Source of the DNA: the human T2T-CHM13v2.0 reference genome, Homo sapiens
Reading direction: 5' to 3' (one strand)
DNA length: 64,000 bases
NCBI RefSeq assembly: GCF_009914755.1
Contig: NC_060930.1
The translations under genes were made by a program, and so were the position numbers. The notes beneath the pieces are model-generated. The model searched no databases. It saw only the letters and a program-made list of their open reading frames with translations, and was not told the DNA's origin. This document shows, piece after piece, positions 31,962 to 49,329 of the stretch (positions are counted from its first letter, which is position 1; each line of letters opens with the position of its first letter).

Positions 31962-32639
31962 TTACCTGTTTATTAGCTATAAATCTTAAATGGAGAAGAT
32001 TACCATGATTTAAAGCATACTGTTTTTGTAGGTCCAAAACAGCAATAGGAACATGCAAGGCAAATCATAATTCCAGGCACCAAACCATAATGACCAGTAT
32101 TTTTATTTGCATGAATAACTAGTAAGATAATTGTAATCATATAAGATATCCCTTTGATTAAAATAAGCATATTTGCAGCCTACAAAATCATGACAGGGAA
32201 GTTGTGTCTGCACGTGAAAACAATGTCTCTATATTTCCTTAACCTATTTATTTTTGGCCCAGTGATGTCAGATTTCAGTTTTACTTTGATTATTAATATT
32301 TCATATATATCTGTCATATGTTGGTATTCCACGTGTCATTTGTTGCAGGAAAGAGCTGAATGATTCCAAATAAACTTGGTTCACTATTAAAAGCTATTTA
32401 TATATTAAGTCAAATGTAGGGGCCACAGTAACAAAATATTGGCTGTTCAACATTTTTAATCACTCTACGATTGTGTAAGGGAGGCTAGCATTGTTCACAG
32501 AAGTATAGGTCATTGTTCTTCAATTATTTCCTAAGAACCTTTTATTTTTATCAGTAGATGAGTAGATGTCTAATTTATCTGGTTATTCAGAGATGGACAT
32601 AGTCACATCTTCTCATATATTTTCATATATATTTCACAT

Positions 32640-32880
32640 ATTTGACATCTACACTGTGCCAGGTACCGTTATAAGACCTTTAAATGTATTTGTCATTTAA
32701 TTGAGCAATTCTATGAGGTAGCTATTATTGCTAAAATATTTCCCATTTTGCCATATGGAAAAACAGGCACAGGATGATAGGCAACTTGTCCAAAGTCACA
32801 CAACTAGTAAGTCACGAAGCTGAGAGTTGTACCCAGGCACTATCTCCCCAGGGCCTTCTTTACTGCTAACCTCTGAGCTA
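32640..32880 (-). mobile_element. MIR
   Basis: ctatgaggtag...cccattttgcc...aacttgtccaaagtcacacaactagtaag. Confidence 0.7.
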
Positions 32881-33009
32881 TGACAATAACTATTTAAATG
32901 AATATCTTCTTTTTTGCCTTTAATTTTTGTTCCTATTTACTATAACAATGCTTTTAATTTTCAGGGATATGCTTGGAAATTATGTAATAGAACATTCTAT
33001 CATTTTTGT

Positions 33010-33086
33010 GTTGTATTAACTTCATGGTATATGACTTCATGCTGTACTAACTTCATTGTATTAATTTCATGTTGTATGAACTTCAT
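33010..33086. repeat. Degenerate 14-16-bp minisatellite, 5 copies
   Basis: gttgtattaacttcat / ggtatatgacttcat / gctgtactaacttcat / tgtattaatttcat / gttgtatgaacttcat. Confidence 0.85.
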
Positions 33087-33513
33087 TATTCATGTTATAT
33101 GACCTTTTATACTACATAATTATCCTTTATAATATTGCTTTATGTTGCAAATCTATGTTATGAGTAAGTCCCCAGTTCATTGTTATCTGATCATTTATTC
33201 CAGTTCCTTACAACTAAGAAACAGAAAATATGATCATCTTTGTTGTGTCTTTTCTGACTTCAATACTGGAAGATTTGTATGGGCCATTCTGTAAGACCTG
33301 TGACACCTCGTTCTCAAAAATGAGTCAAAGGATTTTTTCCCCAACAATTTTGAGATTTCCTGAGAAACCACATGACACTGAATTCCAGGCTTGTAACTCA
33401 CATCAGACTCTGTGGTTACCTTGTAACTTATCAAATTCTTGTCACCCCAATCAACAGAACCTATGGAGAGAAAACTTTCTCCCTGAGTTGTTTTTCTGGT
33501 AACTTGAAAACTG

Positions 33514-33538
33514 AAAAAAAAAAAAAAAAAAAAAAAAA
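33514..33538. repeat. Poly(A) tract (~25 nt)
   Basis: Pure A run with no adjacent recognisable retroelement body. Confidence 0.9.
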
Positions 33539-35584
33539 GGCAAGGTCAAAATGTGCTTAAAGCAACATTTGCTTCACATTTAACTCCAGAGTACTAAATA
33601 AATTCCCAAGGATTGTACTAGCCCACGTGAGGTCAAGCCTGTTGTGAAAGGAAGGGATGACAATTGACCCTTTCTTAGAGCAAAACCTCCTGCCTTCCAT
33701 CCCACCAGTCAACTACAGAGTCAAGATCGTGAGAGCTGACAGCTTCCGCTGCAGATAAATTCCAGCCTGCCCCAAATGAGCCATGTACTTATGAAACCAA
33801 AGAACCAGCAGAGACCTCTGGGACCATCTAGTCCAGCAGTTCCCAAATGCTCCTCCAGCCAAGATTCCATCTATCTCCTCCCCCTCATCTCAGCCATGGA
33901 CTATGGGTTTGGAAAAAAATTTCAGCTGAACTAAATATATTAAATACAACAATCTATATTTCCCAATGTTGTTCATAAATATAAATAAATACATGTAGTC
34001 TGAGCTTCTGATCCAAGGTCCCCACACCACAATGAATTGAAATCATTTTTAACCCAATGCAAGGAAACTTGAGATTATGGATACAATCTTATGAGATAAT
34101 TCAAAATTGCTCTTAGAGCCTCATTATTGTTTTCAAGAAAATTTAAGTGTATAGATCTGGACAATAATGATATATCTAGTTTTAAGTTTTACTGAGGGAC
34201 ATAAGACATAGTGACCTGCCACAAATTAGACTTCAAGGTGAACCAGAAACTATACATACCATAGACCCCAAGTCTAACAAACTAAATGAGGTACAAGCCG
34301 ATCCACTAGAGAGAATATTTGTTCAAAGCTGAGATCAACTGCTCAGCCTGATGCCATAGTGATTCCATACCAGAAAATAAGAAACAGTATCTAAAACTAA
34401 TTTGCAGGCGATTGATTTGGCAAGTATCATATGACTTTGCAAGAGGACTGAAAATTTAGAAGTATGAGAAAAGCCTGGACTTGCTATAAGCTTTCATGAA
34501 AAGTGTGTTAGATTGGGATTCAGCTGACAAAGACTAATGCAAAAAGTGAGAAATATTCACAGTGAGTGTTCATGTCTTTACAGAGGAGGAGGAACCACAG
34601 GAAAACAAATTACATCAGTTAAGGCCAACAGGATAGAGATAAGAAAAGCAAAAGAACCAAAGGAGATAGGGTAAGCCCAAAGGGTTAAAGAGTATTAGAA
34701 GGGCAAATCTATCAGAAGGGAGAGGATGATGAGAGAGAAATAAGAGTTTCTAATAAATGAGAAAGGGCATAGAATTAATCACAATTCTGAAATTTGCTGA
34801 GGTGCTGAACTCATTTTTTAAGTCAGTCCTCTTGGTGAAAAAAAAATATCAGAAAGGTAAGAAAGAGAAAGAAATATGATGAATTTGAAAGGAATGAAGG
34901 TCTTAGGAAAAATGTCACTGAGAAAAAACAGAACAGGGTTATGCATGTGAGTGAGAATGCATGAAATCAGCCCATCCCATTTCTCTGTAATTGTGGTGAT
35001 AACAACAAGAGAATATAAACCAATTATAAGACACACACTAGATTTAGCCAAGCAATTAGTTTCTACCAGTTTCTAAATTAAACTATATAATTGAATTAAA
35101 TCTTTTAAAAATAGATTCTAGACCTAGAGCAAACCTCCAAAGGCCTTTTGGTCCAGTGCTTTAAATTTTAGCCAAATAACTAATGACTTCTACCTCAGAG
35201 ATGAAGTAACAGCAGTCACAGAGAGAGTAGGTGCTAAAATTTAGACGAAACCCAAGAGCTCTGTACTCTCAGGCAGAGCTTTCTGGATTTCAAACTTACT
35301 GCTGTTAACAAGAACTATCACTTATCAGACCCCTAGCGTAGGCCAGATACTGACTTCCTTGTAGCATATAGAATTCTCTAAACAATTTTGAGACATACTT
35401 CTTTACAGATGAGAAAACTGAAAATGGAAAATAAAATTATAGTTATTACGTGATGAATGTATTAGTCAATATGTTGTCTGGAAGTATAATACATATACAT
35501 TCTGTTTTAAGAAATCTAAGTAAAAAATGAGCTTTTAAAAAATTAGAAGTTACCTTATGAAGGGTTCACATGAAAGCAATTATC

Positions 35585-36480
35585 GAGAGGAGCCAAGATG
35601 GCCGAATAGGAACAGCTCCTGTCTACAGCTCCCAGCGTGAGCGATGCAGAAGACGGGTGATTTCTGCATTTCCATCTGAGGTACCGGGTTCATCTCACTT
35701 GGGAGTGCCAGACAGTGGGCGCAGGTCAGTGGGTGCGCGCACCATGCGCGAGCCGAAGCAGGGAGAGGCATTGCCTCACTTGGGAAGCGCAAGGGGTCAG
35801 GGAGTTCCCTTTCCGAGTCAAAGAAACGGGTGACCGACGCACCTGGAAAATCGGGCCACTCCCACCTGAATACGGCGCTTTTCTGACCAGCTTAAAAAAT
35901 GGCGCACCACGAGATTCTATCCCACACCTGGCTCGGAGGGTCCTACGCCCACGGAGTCTGGCTGATTGTTAGCACAGCAATCTGAGATCAAACTGCAAGG
36001 TGGCAGCGAGGCTGGGGGAGGGGCGCCCGCCATTGCCAGGCTTGCTTAGGTAAACAAAGCAGCCTGGAAGCTCCAACTGGGTGGAGCCCACCACAGCTCT
36101 AGGAGGCCTGCCTGCCTCTGTAGGCTCCACCTCTGGGGGCAGGGCACAGACAAACAAAAAGACAGCAGTAACCTCTGCAGACTTAAATGTCCCTGTCTGA
36201 CAGCTTTGAAGAGAGCAGTGGTTCTCCCAGCACACAGCTGGAGATCTGAGAATGGGCAGACTGCCTCCTCAAGTGGGTCCCTGATCCCCAAGCAGCCTAA
36301 CTGGGAGGCACCCCCCAGCAAGGGCACACTGACACCTCACACGGCAGGGTACTCCAACAGACCCGCAGCTGAGGGCCCTGTCCGTTAGAAGGAAAACTAA
36401 CAAACAGAAAGGACATCCACACCAAAAACCCAACTGTACAAAACCATCATCAAAGACCAAAAGTAGATAAAACCACAAAG
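35585..36480 (+). promoter_or_regulatory. L1 5'UTR: internal sense promoter and antisense promoter
   Basis: YY1 site caagatggccg at 35594-35604; CpG-rich; about 895 bp long (short form). Confidence 0.85.
35917..36033 (-). pseudogene. L1 ORF0, truncated to 38 aa
   Basis: MAGAPPPASLPPCSLISDCCANNQPDSVGVGPSEPGVG followed by TAG, where intact ORF0 has Tyr. Confidence 0.8.
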
Positions 36481-37489
36481 ATGGGGAAAAAACAGAACAG
36501 AAAAACTGGAAACTCTCAAAAGCAGAGCGCCTCTCCTCCTCCAAAGGAACGCAGTTCCTCACCAGCAACGGAACAAAGCTGGATAGAGAATGACTTCGAC
36601 GAGCTGAGAGAAGAAGGCTTCAGACGATCAAATTACTCTGAGCTACGGGAGGACATTCAAACCAAAGGCAAAGAAGTTGAAAACTTTGAAAAAAATTTAG
36701 AAGAATGTATAACTAGAATAACCAATACAAAGAAGTGCTTAAAGGAGCTGATGGAGCTGAAAACCAAGGCTCGAGAACTACGTGAAGAATGCAGAAGCCT
36801 CAGGAGCCGATGTGATCAACTGGAAGAAAGGGTATCAGTAATGGAAGATGAAATGAATGAAATGAAGCAAGAAGGGAAGTTTAGAGAAAAAAGAATAAAA
36901 AGAAATGAGCAAAGCCTCCAAGAAATATGAGACTATGTGAAAAGACCAAATCTATGTCTGATCGGTGTACCTGAAAGTGATGGGGAGAATGGAACCAAGT
37001 TGGAAAACACTCTGCAGGATATTATCCGGGAGAACTTCCCCAATCTAGCAAGGCAGGCCAACGTTCAGATTCAGGAAATACAGAGAACGCCACAAAGATA
37101 CTCCTCGAAAAGAGCAACTCCAAGACACATAATTGTCAGATTCACCAAAGTTGAAATGAAAGAAAAAATGTTAAGGGCAGCCAGAGAGAAAGGTCGGGTT
37201 ACCCTCAAAGGGAAGCCCATCAGACTAACAGCAGATCTCTCAGCAGAAACCCTACAAGCCAGAAGAGAGTGGGGGCCAATATTCAACATTCTTAAAGAAA
37301 AGAATTTTCAACCTAGAATTTCATATCCAGCCAAACTAAGCAAAGGAGAAATAAAATACTTTACAGACAAGCAAATGCTGAGAGATTTTGTCACCACCAG
37401 GCCTGCCCTAAAAGAGCTCCTGAAGGAAAGCACTAAACGTGGAAAGGAACAACTGGTACCAGCCGCTGCAAAATCATGCCAAAATATAA
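36481..37489 (+). pseudogene. L1 ORF1p, disrupted
   Basis: Starts MGKKQNRK. TGG>TGA stop at 36928-36930, 9-nt in-frame deletion near 37341, and a +1 A near 37428. Confidence 0.93.
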
Positions 37490-37537
37490 AGACCATCGAG
37501 ACTAGGAAGAAACTGCACCAACTAAACAGCAAAATAA

Positions 37538-41377
<3,840 letters not shown>

Positions 41378-42304
41378 ACAATGAGATCACATGGACACAG
41401 GAAGGGGAATATCACACTCTGGGAACTGTTGTGGGGTGGGGGGAGGGGGGAGGGATAGCATTGGGAGATATACCTAATGCTAGATGACGAGTTAGTGGGT
41501 GCAGTGCACCAGCATGGCACATGTATACATATGTAACTAACCTGCACAATGTGCACATGTACCCTAAAACTTAAAGTATAATAAAAAAAAAGAAAAAAAA
41601 AGAAAGCAATTATCATAGGATTCCTTGACTCTATATCCTGAACTAATTTAACCTTTCAATTTTATTATTTAAAATGTTAAGAAACAAATGGACACAGTGC
41701 ATCAGCATACTACATTTCAAATATGACTTGCTTAAATGTGATTATGTTCAAATCTTCAGGAATACATTTACTTCACACAAAGTAGGGCCCTCCCATGGAA
41801 ACTAGAATAAAAGAGAATATGGAACTCTGGTTCTGCAGGCTCCAGTTCTACCTGTGCTTCCCAAGCAGTCAGGGACCCAGCCGAGGAAGGAGACAGAGCC
41901 ATTGTCTCTATCCCACATAGAGCAGTAATCTTGCCAAAGGATTCTCTGCCATTGGCACAGTTATGCAGGGGTCACCTTAAAGTGTAGCAGCCACTACATC
42001 CCATTGATTAATCCACTGGTCACCTGTCAATCTGCCAACCACTATTCCTCTTTCTGGCTCAGAGAAACAAGAAATTATACTTCTTGGTACTATAAAGAAA
42101 GAATCTAAGTGTGGGCCAAAAAGAAATGTTTGCTTATTGCTCACTTTCCAATTGCAAAAAGAAGAAAACATCTGACAATTTCTCTAAATAAGATATTCTC
42201 CCAATTGGTAAGTTTCCAAACTCATCTTGGCCAAAAAGCACATACATTTAATTATTCATATATATTGCTTAATATCTCCTGTGTACTTTGTTCTGAAGCA
42301 GCCA

Positions 42305-42545
42305 ACCTAGGGTGTGAGAGGCAGGCTCTGGAGTTGAACAGGTCCCGGTTCAAAGGCCAGCTCTGCCATTTACTCCACTAGGCTTTCTCTCAAGTCCTAG
42401 TATCCTCACATGCAAAATGAAAATAACGATGCTACCCAGCTCATCATCATCATAAAAATGAAATGGCATAAAATACATAAAGTCCTTAGACAATAAGGAC
42501 ACAAAGTCCTTAAGCATACTTAACAAAGAGTAAATGTTTACTATA
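42305..42545 (+). mobile_element. MIR
   Basis: ggctctggagttgaacagg...ggttcaaaggccagctctgccatttact...tgcaaaatg. Confidence 0.65.
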
Positions 42546-42643
42546 AAATAGGAATTATTTTTATAATTAGCTATTTTAACATTAATTCAGCAGTCCACAC
42601 AATCCACAGTGAAAGCATGCTATCGCCTCTTGAGAATAATTTA

Positions 42644-42962
42644 GGCTGGGTACAGTGGCAGATGCCTGTAATCCCAACACTTTGGGAGGCTGAGGCTAGT
42701 GGATCACTTGAGTTCAGTAGTTCAAGACCAGCCTGGCCAACATGGTGGAAGCCCGTCTCTGCTAAAAATACAAAAAATTAGCTGGGCGTAGTGGTGGACA
42801 CCTGTAATCCCAGCTACTCAGGAGGCTGAAGCAGGAGAATTACTTGACTGAGGGAGGCGGGGATTGCAGCGAGCTGAGAAGGCACCATTGCACTACAGCC
42901 TGGGCAAAAAGAGTGAAACTGCACTTCAAAAAACAAAAACCAAGCAACAACAACAACAAAAA
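42644..42962 (+). mobile_element. AluS (Sx/Sz-like)
   Basis: Full dimer with a (CAA)n-patterned tail. Confidence 0.92.
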
Positions 42963-43309
42963 GAAAATAGCAGGCTCACTGGGGAACATTTGAAAGAAGA
43001 TGGAAGGGAATGTGTGGCATTTGGGGAGTCCCAACTCAGTTTTATGTTTTGTCACTATGGTATCATTGGAGGATAAGACTTAGTATTACTAAGAAAGATA
43101 ATAAATATGCAACCCTGAAGGGTGTAACATTGTTAAACCTGAGTTTTCAACATTAAGGTATCTGTGACGCCACGAGATTAGAATCTGCTGCATCTCTGAG
43201 GCCTTTTTCAAAGCCTGCACTGTGGTCCCAGTGGACCAGTATAAAATCCTCTGGGTCCATGTTCCATGTCTTACTCAACCACCAGTCTGTGCTTCTCCTT
43301 CTTGCCACT

Positions 43310-43698
43310 TGCTGTGGTTTGAATGTATTTACCAAAATTCACATATTGGAAGACACATTCCCCAGCGCTACAGTGTTGGGTGGTGAGGCCTAATAAGAGA
43401 TGATTGGGTCCTGAGAGTGGAGCCCTCATGAATGGATTAAGTCACCTTGGGAATGGGTCAGTTATTGAGAGAGTGGGTTGTTATAAAAGCAAGCCCAGTC
43501 CCTCATGCTTTCTCTTTTATACTCACTTACCCTTCTTTTCTTCTGCTGTGGGATAATGAAGCATAAAGGCCCACACCAGATGCCTGTGCCATACTATTGA
43601 ACTTCATAGCCTCCAGAATGGTAAGAAATAAATTCCTTTTATTTACAATTACCTAGTATATGGTATTCTGTTACAGCAACAGAAAACGGACGAAGACA
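43310..43698 (+). mobile_element. MST-family (MaLR) solo LTR
   Basis: tgctgtggtttgaatg...ggagccctcatgaatggattaa...gcaacagaaaacggacgaagaca. Confidence 0.85.
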
Positions 43699-44057
43699 CT
43701 GTTGTTTGTGTAGACAGTGCTATTCTATCTCTTTCTGCTGGCCTAATAGGTTTATAACTTCTCTTTTAAATTTCTTCTGGAGATGACAAATGAAGTTATA
43801 ATTTAGAAACATTCTACAAATAGCATACTTGATGTCTTGTTAGTACAACAACCCACACTGTCCTCTGTCTTGGTATTCCCTTCCATATAGATTTGGTGGT
43901 TTAACCTAACCCAAAAAGGAGAATATAAATCAGTGTTTTGCGTCTAATTAAGGATTGGTTACTGTGGATTGTTCTATGGTTTTCAGTTACTAAAGACAGA
44001 AACACAACCACATGTGGAAAGTCAACATAGCATAGAAATAGTCTTCTGAGAAAGCTT

Positions 44058-44118
44058 ATATATATAAAATATATATATATATATAATTTTTCCTTATAAT
44101 ATATACATAATATATAAT
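44058..44118. repeat. (TA)n-rich repeat
   Basis: TA runs with a repeated atataattt(t)tcctt motif. Confidence 0.8.
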
Positions 44119-45601
44119 TTTCCTTTTGGTTATCCAATTGGGATTTTAGCATAGAGGTCTGATTTTCAAGAAGCAACTGTTTTCAGCTACTTTCCATAAA
44201 TTAGGCTCTCTGTTCCAGCTGTCTATCACTGACACAAAAAATTCCTCAGCAAATATTAGTGATACGCTAGGCCAGAGATCAAACATATTTCTTCCTTCTC
44301 TTTGCCACTCCTATTTAAAATATGAGCATGTCCATACTAGGTCTCCCTTCAGAAAATGTTCCTGTAACCTCTGTCCTCCTACCAGCACCCTGGCAGCACC
44401 ATGGTTTGTCAAGAACCTCTATTCTCGTTTGCAGGCCTGGCTCTCTTTTCTCAGCCATTTGCTTTTCTGGAATGTCCTCTCTGACTCAGCCTCACCACCA
44501 AGATTGTAGTTATCAGCACTCAAATACCAGTCACTCCCTTATGAAGTAAGAGGAGATACCCCCGGTAGTCCCCACAAGGCAGGAAAATGCTGGCATCTCA
44601 TCAGTTTTCCAGGTTAGAATTTCACTGTCAAGCTCACTATCCTCCCAGCCCTCCCAGATAAACAGGGGATGGGGGCTCACAGCACATTCCTTTCACTCTC
44701 ACTAATTTCAGAAGAACACTCTGCAGTGGAACACCAGTGAATCTTTGAAATCCTGCTGCTCAAGGGGTGGCTCTGGCTTCCTGGCAGCAATTAGAAAAAT
44801 ATTCTTCTCGTCATCTCAGCTGTGACACTGGCAAATATACAGCCTTGTCAGTTGATATTCAGGGCTAGGCATTTCTCACATTAACCCTGGCTGGAATGTA
44901 AAAACCTTATGTATAATTCAAGTTACTTAAAAATAGGATATATATTGGAGATGTGCATACATATGATTCCGACTGCTGGAATTTTTAGTCTAAAACAAAA
45001 AATGTACCCAACCTTCTTGATAATTTAAGATGTCATTTTAAGGTAAATAAATTTAAGGAGTTAAAATCTCCCACTTTGCCCTTATTGGAATCAAACAACT
45101 TGCCATGGTATTTTTAGTATTCTACATGGGCTTTCCCCCATTTTGTTCAGCTAAATTCTATTCTTAGAATGTTTCCCCAACAGCAACAAAAATTATTCCT
45201 TAACTCAGTCTTACATCTTGACTCTACTCCTCCACCAAGGGCTTCTGCCAATGACAAGGTGGGTTATAATTACCGAATAGAAGTAGATATTGAATCTCAA
45301 CGTCTGCTCTTCTCTTCAGGGGCTTCCCAACATCTTAGTCAAGGTTTTTTTCTTAAATCTTCCCATGCCATTATGTCTACTGTGAATCTCTTCCATCTTC
45401 TTTGGCCATCGGTTTGTTCTCATCTTTAACTGTGGACATCCTTCTTCTTGACCCTTGTCTCATCCTTGTTGGGACTTTCTCTTACTTTAGCAGTTCCACT
45501 GGAATTTTCTGCCAACTTTTCAGACTTAACAGATAAAAACCAACCTCACCATCTCTGTCCCTCCACCCCAACCTTCTTCTCTACCTGGCTTCACTCTTTC
45601 T

Positions 45602-46524
45602 TTTTTTTTTTTATTGTGTGATTATATATATATTTATACTTTAAGTTATAGGGTACATGTGCACAACGTGCAGGTTAGTTACATATGTATACAAGTGCCA
45701 TGTTGGTGTGCTGCACGCATTAACTCGTCTTTTAACATTAGGCATATCTCCTAAAGCTATCCCTCCCCCCTCCCCCCACCCCGGTGTGTGATGTTCCCTT
45801 TCCTGTGTCCATGTGTTCTCATGGTTCAATTCCCACCTATGAGTGAGAACATGCGTGTTTGGTTTTTTGTCCTTGCAATAGTTTGCTGATGGTTTCCAGC
45901 TTCATCCATGTCCCTACAAAGGACATGAACTCATCATTTTTTATGGCTGCATAGTATTCCATGGTGTATATGTGCCACATTTTCTTAATCCAGTCTATCA
46001 CTGTCAGACATTTGGGTTGGTTCCAAGTCCTTGCTATTGTGAATAGTGCCGCAATAAACATACATGTGCATGTGTCTTTATAGAAGCATGATTTATATTC
46101 CTTTGGGTATATACCCAGTAATGGGATTGCTGGGTCAAATGGTATTTCTAGTTCAAGATCCCTGAGGAATCACCACACTGACTTCCACAATGGTTGAACT
46201 AGTTTACAGTCCCACCAACAGTGTAAAAGTGTTCCTACTTCTCCACATCCTCTCAAGCACCTGTTGTTTCCTGACTTTTTAGTGATCGCCATTCTAACTG
46301 GTGTGAGATGGTATCTCATTGTGGTTTTGATTTGCATTTCTCTGATGGCCCTGATGGTGAGCATTTTTTCACGTGTCTTTTGGCTGCATAAATGTCTTCT
46401 TTTGAGAAGTGTCTGTACATATCCTTCGCCCACTATTTGATGGGGTTGTTTGTTTTTTTCTTATAAATTTGTTTGAGTTCATTGTAGATTCTGGATATTA
46501 GCCCTTTGTCATATGAGTAGATTG
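45602..46524 (-). mobile_element. 5'-truncated L1PA4-like element (L1-4)
   Basis: Poly(T), 3'UTR and ORF2 C-terminus on the minus strand. TSD ctctttct at 45594-45601 and 46525-46532. Confidence 0.93.
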
Positions 46525-46532
46525 CTCTTTCT

Positions 46533-47390
46533 ATTCATGGTACCTACGCTCTTCTAGAGCCTCCTGCCAAGGCTCTAAACCTTATAACTCATATTTTTCT
46601 CACTTTTTCACATCTAATCCCTGTCACATTCCTTTAGGTTCTATGTCCTCAGTGCCCCTCTCATTTCCCCTTTACTTACATTCATACCATCTCTACTTTA
46701 GTTAGCATGTGATTTATTATCTCTATTCTATTACCAGCACTTTCTGGTGGCTCTCCTCACTTCCAAACTTACTCCTCTCTATTTCACCTGTTATGGGCAC
46801 AAATCACTTTTTGATGTATGACACTGATCTTGCCTTCCTCTGTTAATATGCATTTGATGTCTCCCCATTCTCTCCAGAAAAAAAGTCCAAAGTCCTGTTT
46901 CTGAAAAATGTGACCCTTTGTGGTATTTTTTTTTAATCTGTATAACACTTCATTTTTTATCCAAATAAACCTTTTTACCTATGCTTTATTTCAGTCTGAA
47001 AGAATTCCAAGTACTTAAAGATACACACTCGTCTCCCAGCTCTGAACTTTATTTAGCCATCCCTTACTCTAAATAAGTGCCTCTTCCCTTCTCTGCCTGT
47101 TTTCTTACCTGCTTCTCAGTACTCAAATGCCATGAATTAATCTCTGGTTTCTCAGATGAAAGATAATCCCTCTGTCCTTTATTCTTCCCAGTATTTTGTA
47201 CTTCCATTATGGTAGCACATCGTAGGAAGGGTTTTCTTGTATTATAGTAATTTGTCTGCCCAATTAATCTCATCTAGCACACTGGAAATTTGAGAGGAAG
47301 GCTCTTCTTTGTTTATTTCCAAAATGAACAGTACAAAATCATGAATTTAGCAGAAAATATCATTTGCAATGAACAAATGCATCACCTGAA
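46533..47390 (+). mobile_element. Degenerate L2 fragment
   Basis: Pyrimidine-rich L2-like sequence ending tttgcaatgaacaaatg. It probably extends to the left of L1-4. Confidence 0.45.
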
Positions 47391-47616
47391 TGTGTAAAAC
47401 TTCTCATATGCAAAGGCATTCTGCCTGGTCCTTATGCCTCAATATTTGTAGCATTTCTTGCAATATGTACTTCTGTGTTTTTTTCTCCTTTAAATATGAT
47501 ATAGTGTATGAATGGGAAAAGGAAACGAAGTTAAGAAACATGCCTTCAGCAATCCTGAATGAGAGAAGTGTCTAACATCTAATCTAAACTTTTAAATATA
47601 GTGCTTCATTCCTCTC

Positions 47617-48202
47617 TGTAGAAGACAGAATAATGGCCCTCCTCAAAAATGGTCACACGCTAAGCCTCAGAACTTGTGACTACACGAGGTTAAAGGGACT
47701 GAGCAGATGCTAGTAAGATTACTAATCAGATGACCTTAAAATAGAAAGATTATCCTGGACTATCTGGACACATCCAGTGCAATCACATGAATCCTTAAAT
47801 GTGGAAAAATCAGTCAGTGAGAGAGGTGTGGTGGATGCAGAGGCAGAAGAGACTCAAAGAGTGAGAAGGACAACCTGACATTGCTGGCTTTGAAGTTGAC
47901 AAAAGGGAGCCATGAGCCAAGGAATGTGATGGCCTCTAGAAGCTAGGAACAGCCCTCAGCTGACGTCCAGGTTGTAGAAAGTAACTCAGTCCTGCAATCA
48001 CAAGGAACTAAATTCAGCCAATAATTTGAATGAACAAGGAGTCTCCAGAAAGGAATGCAGCCTCACCAACAACACCTAGTTTTTAGTCCCATGAGATCCA
48101 TATTGGACTCCTGATCTACGGAATTCTGGGATAATACTTTTGTAATATTTTAATCCACAAAGTTTGTCGTAATTTGTTATGATAGCAATAGAAAATAACA
48201 TA
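47617..48202 (+). mobile_element. MLT1 (MLT1E/D-like) solo LTR
   Basis: tgtagaagacagaataatggccc...agattatcctggactatc...taatttgttatgatagcaatagaaaataaca. Confidence 0.8.
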
Positions 48203-48699
48203 TTCTCCAAGTGGCTATTCAGATACACTTGACCTATGGTCGTTTGAATTAGCTAGAACTAAGAATAAAGTGTGCAACCTCATTGAATTAAAAGCCTAAA
48301 GGCATATTTTTGTTATTTTTCATATGGAATCATTTCAAAATATTATAAGTAATATGATCTCTTCATTTATTCTTTTATTCAATTCTACAAGCATTTCCCA
48401 AATGCCCATTGTCTATGCTCACACTATAAATTTTCTTGAAGTTTGTAAATCTTCTTCATTCTATTTCATCAGTGGCTATAACATAACCTGGACATGGCAG
48501 GCACGCAATACATATTTAATAAATAAGTTCAAGTGTAACTTTGTCATCTAAGTCTTCTCTACCTGAAGCTGTTTGACTTCAGTAAGATGTGGATGATAAT
48601 TTATCTAATTTACAGGATGACCTTAAAGACATACATATGCAATTTTTAGAAAATCGGTTGTAATTAGTCCCATATCATTTCTACATTCCAAACTTTAAT

Positions 48700-49325
48700 C
48701 CCTTTGTGCCTTGACTTCTGTATCCAAATTTTCACTTTCCTCAAGCGTCTCTCATTTTACACAACAGCATTCTTGCAGGATTACTATTATCTGGGTACTT
48801 TCCTGTTCAAAATTCTCTAATAGCTTTCCATGCCTTGGGGCTAAAATCCAAATTCCTCAAGATGGCATGGGAAGTCTCACAATATGTTTATCCAGAGAAT
48901 CTTCTTTGCCACTACTTCGTAGCCTGACCCACACTCACAACCCCAATGCACTCTTCACTCAACTAAGGCTTCTCTTTCTGACCTTACAAATGCCATGTTT
49001 AGCTTTGATTTCAAACCATGGATCCTGTGTTACCACATCTGCAGTGACCTTGGTTTCTCCTCTTCAACCAGGCCTTAGAAAAAGTCTTATGGTTTCCTTC
49101 TAAAGGCCTTTCCTAAATAAACCAACTCAGAGTAATTTCCCCACTTCCAGGTGTTGTCTCTGCTCTTATATAATACTCACCTGGTTCCAGGTCTTAATCT
49201 TTATATTTCATACTTGTTGGTATCCTTCCCCAGCTAGGTCACAGCGAAAACTACTCATAATTCATGCTTTTTAAATATCTGCATCCTCTGCCCACCCACA
49301 GCAATATTACTGGGTACAGCATAAA
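48700..49325 (+). mobile_element. Degenerate L2 fragment
   Basis: L2-like motifs (aaaatccaaattcctcaagatggc, aaggcctttcct). Confidence 0.45.
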
Positions 49326-49329
49326 TAAT

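Noticed and set aside
33514-33538. Processed pseudogene tail
   Set aside because: I found no TSD, upstream polyadenylation signal or recognisable mRNA body. The same applies to the A-run at 16462-16482.
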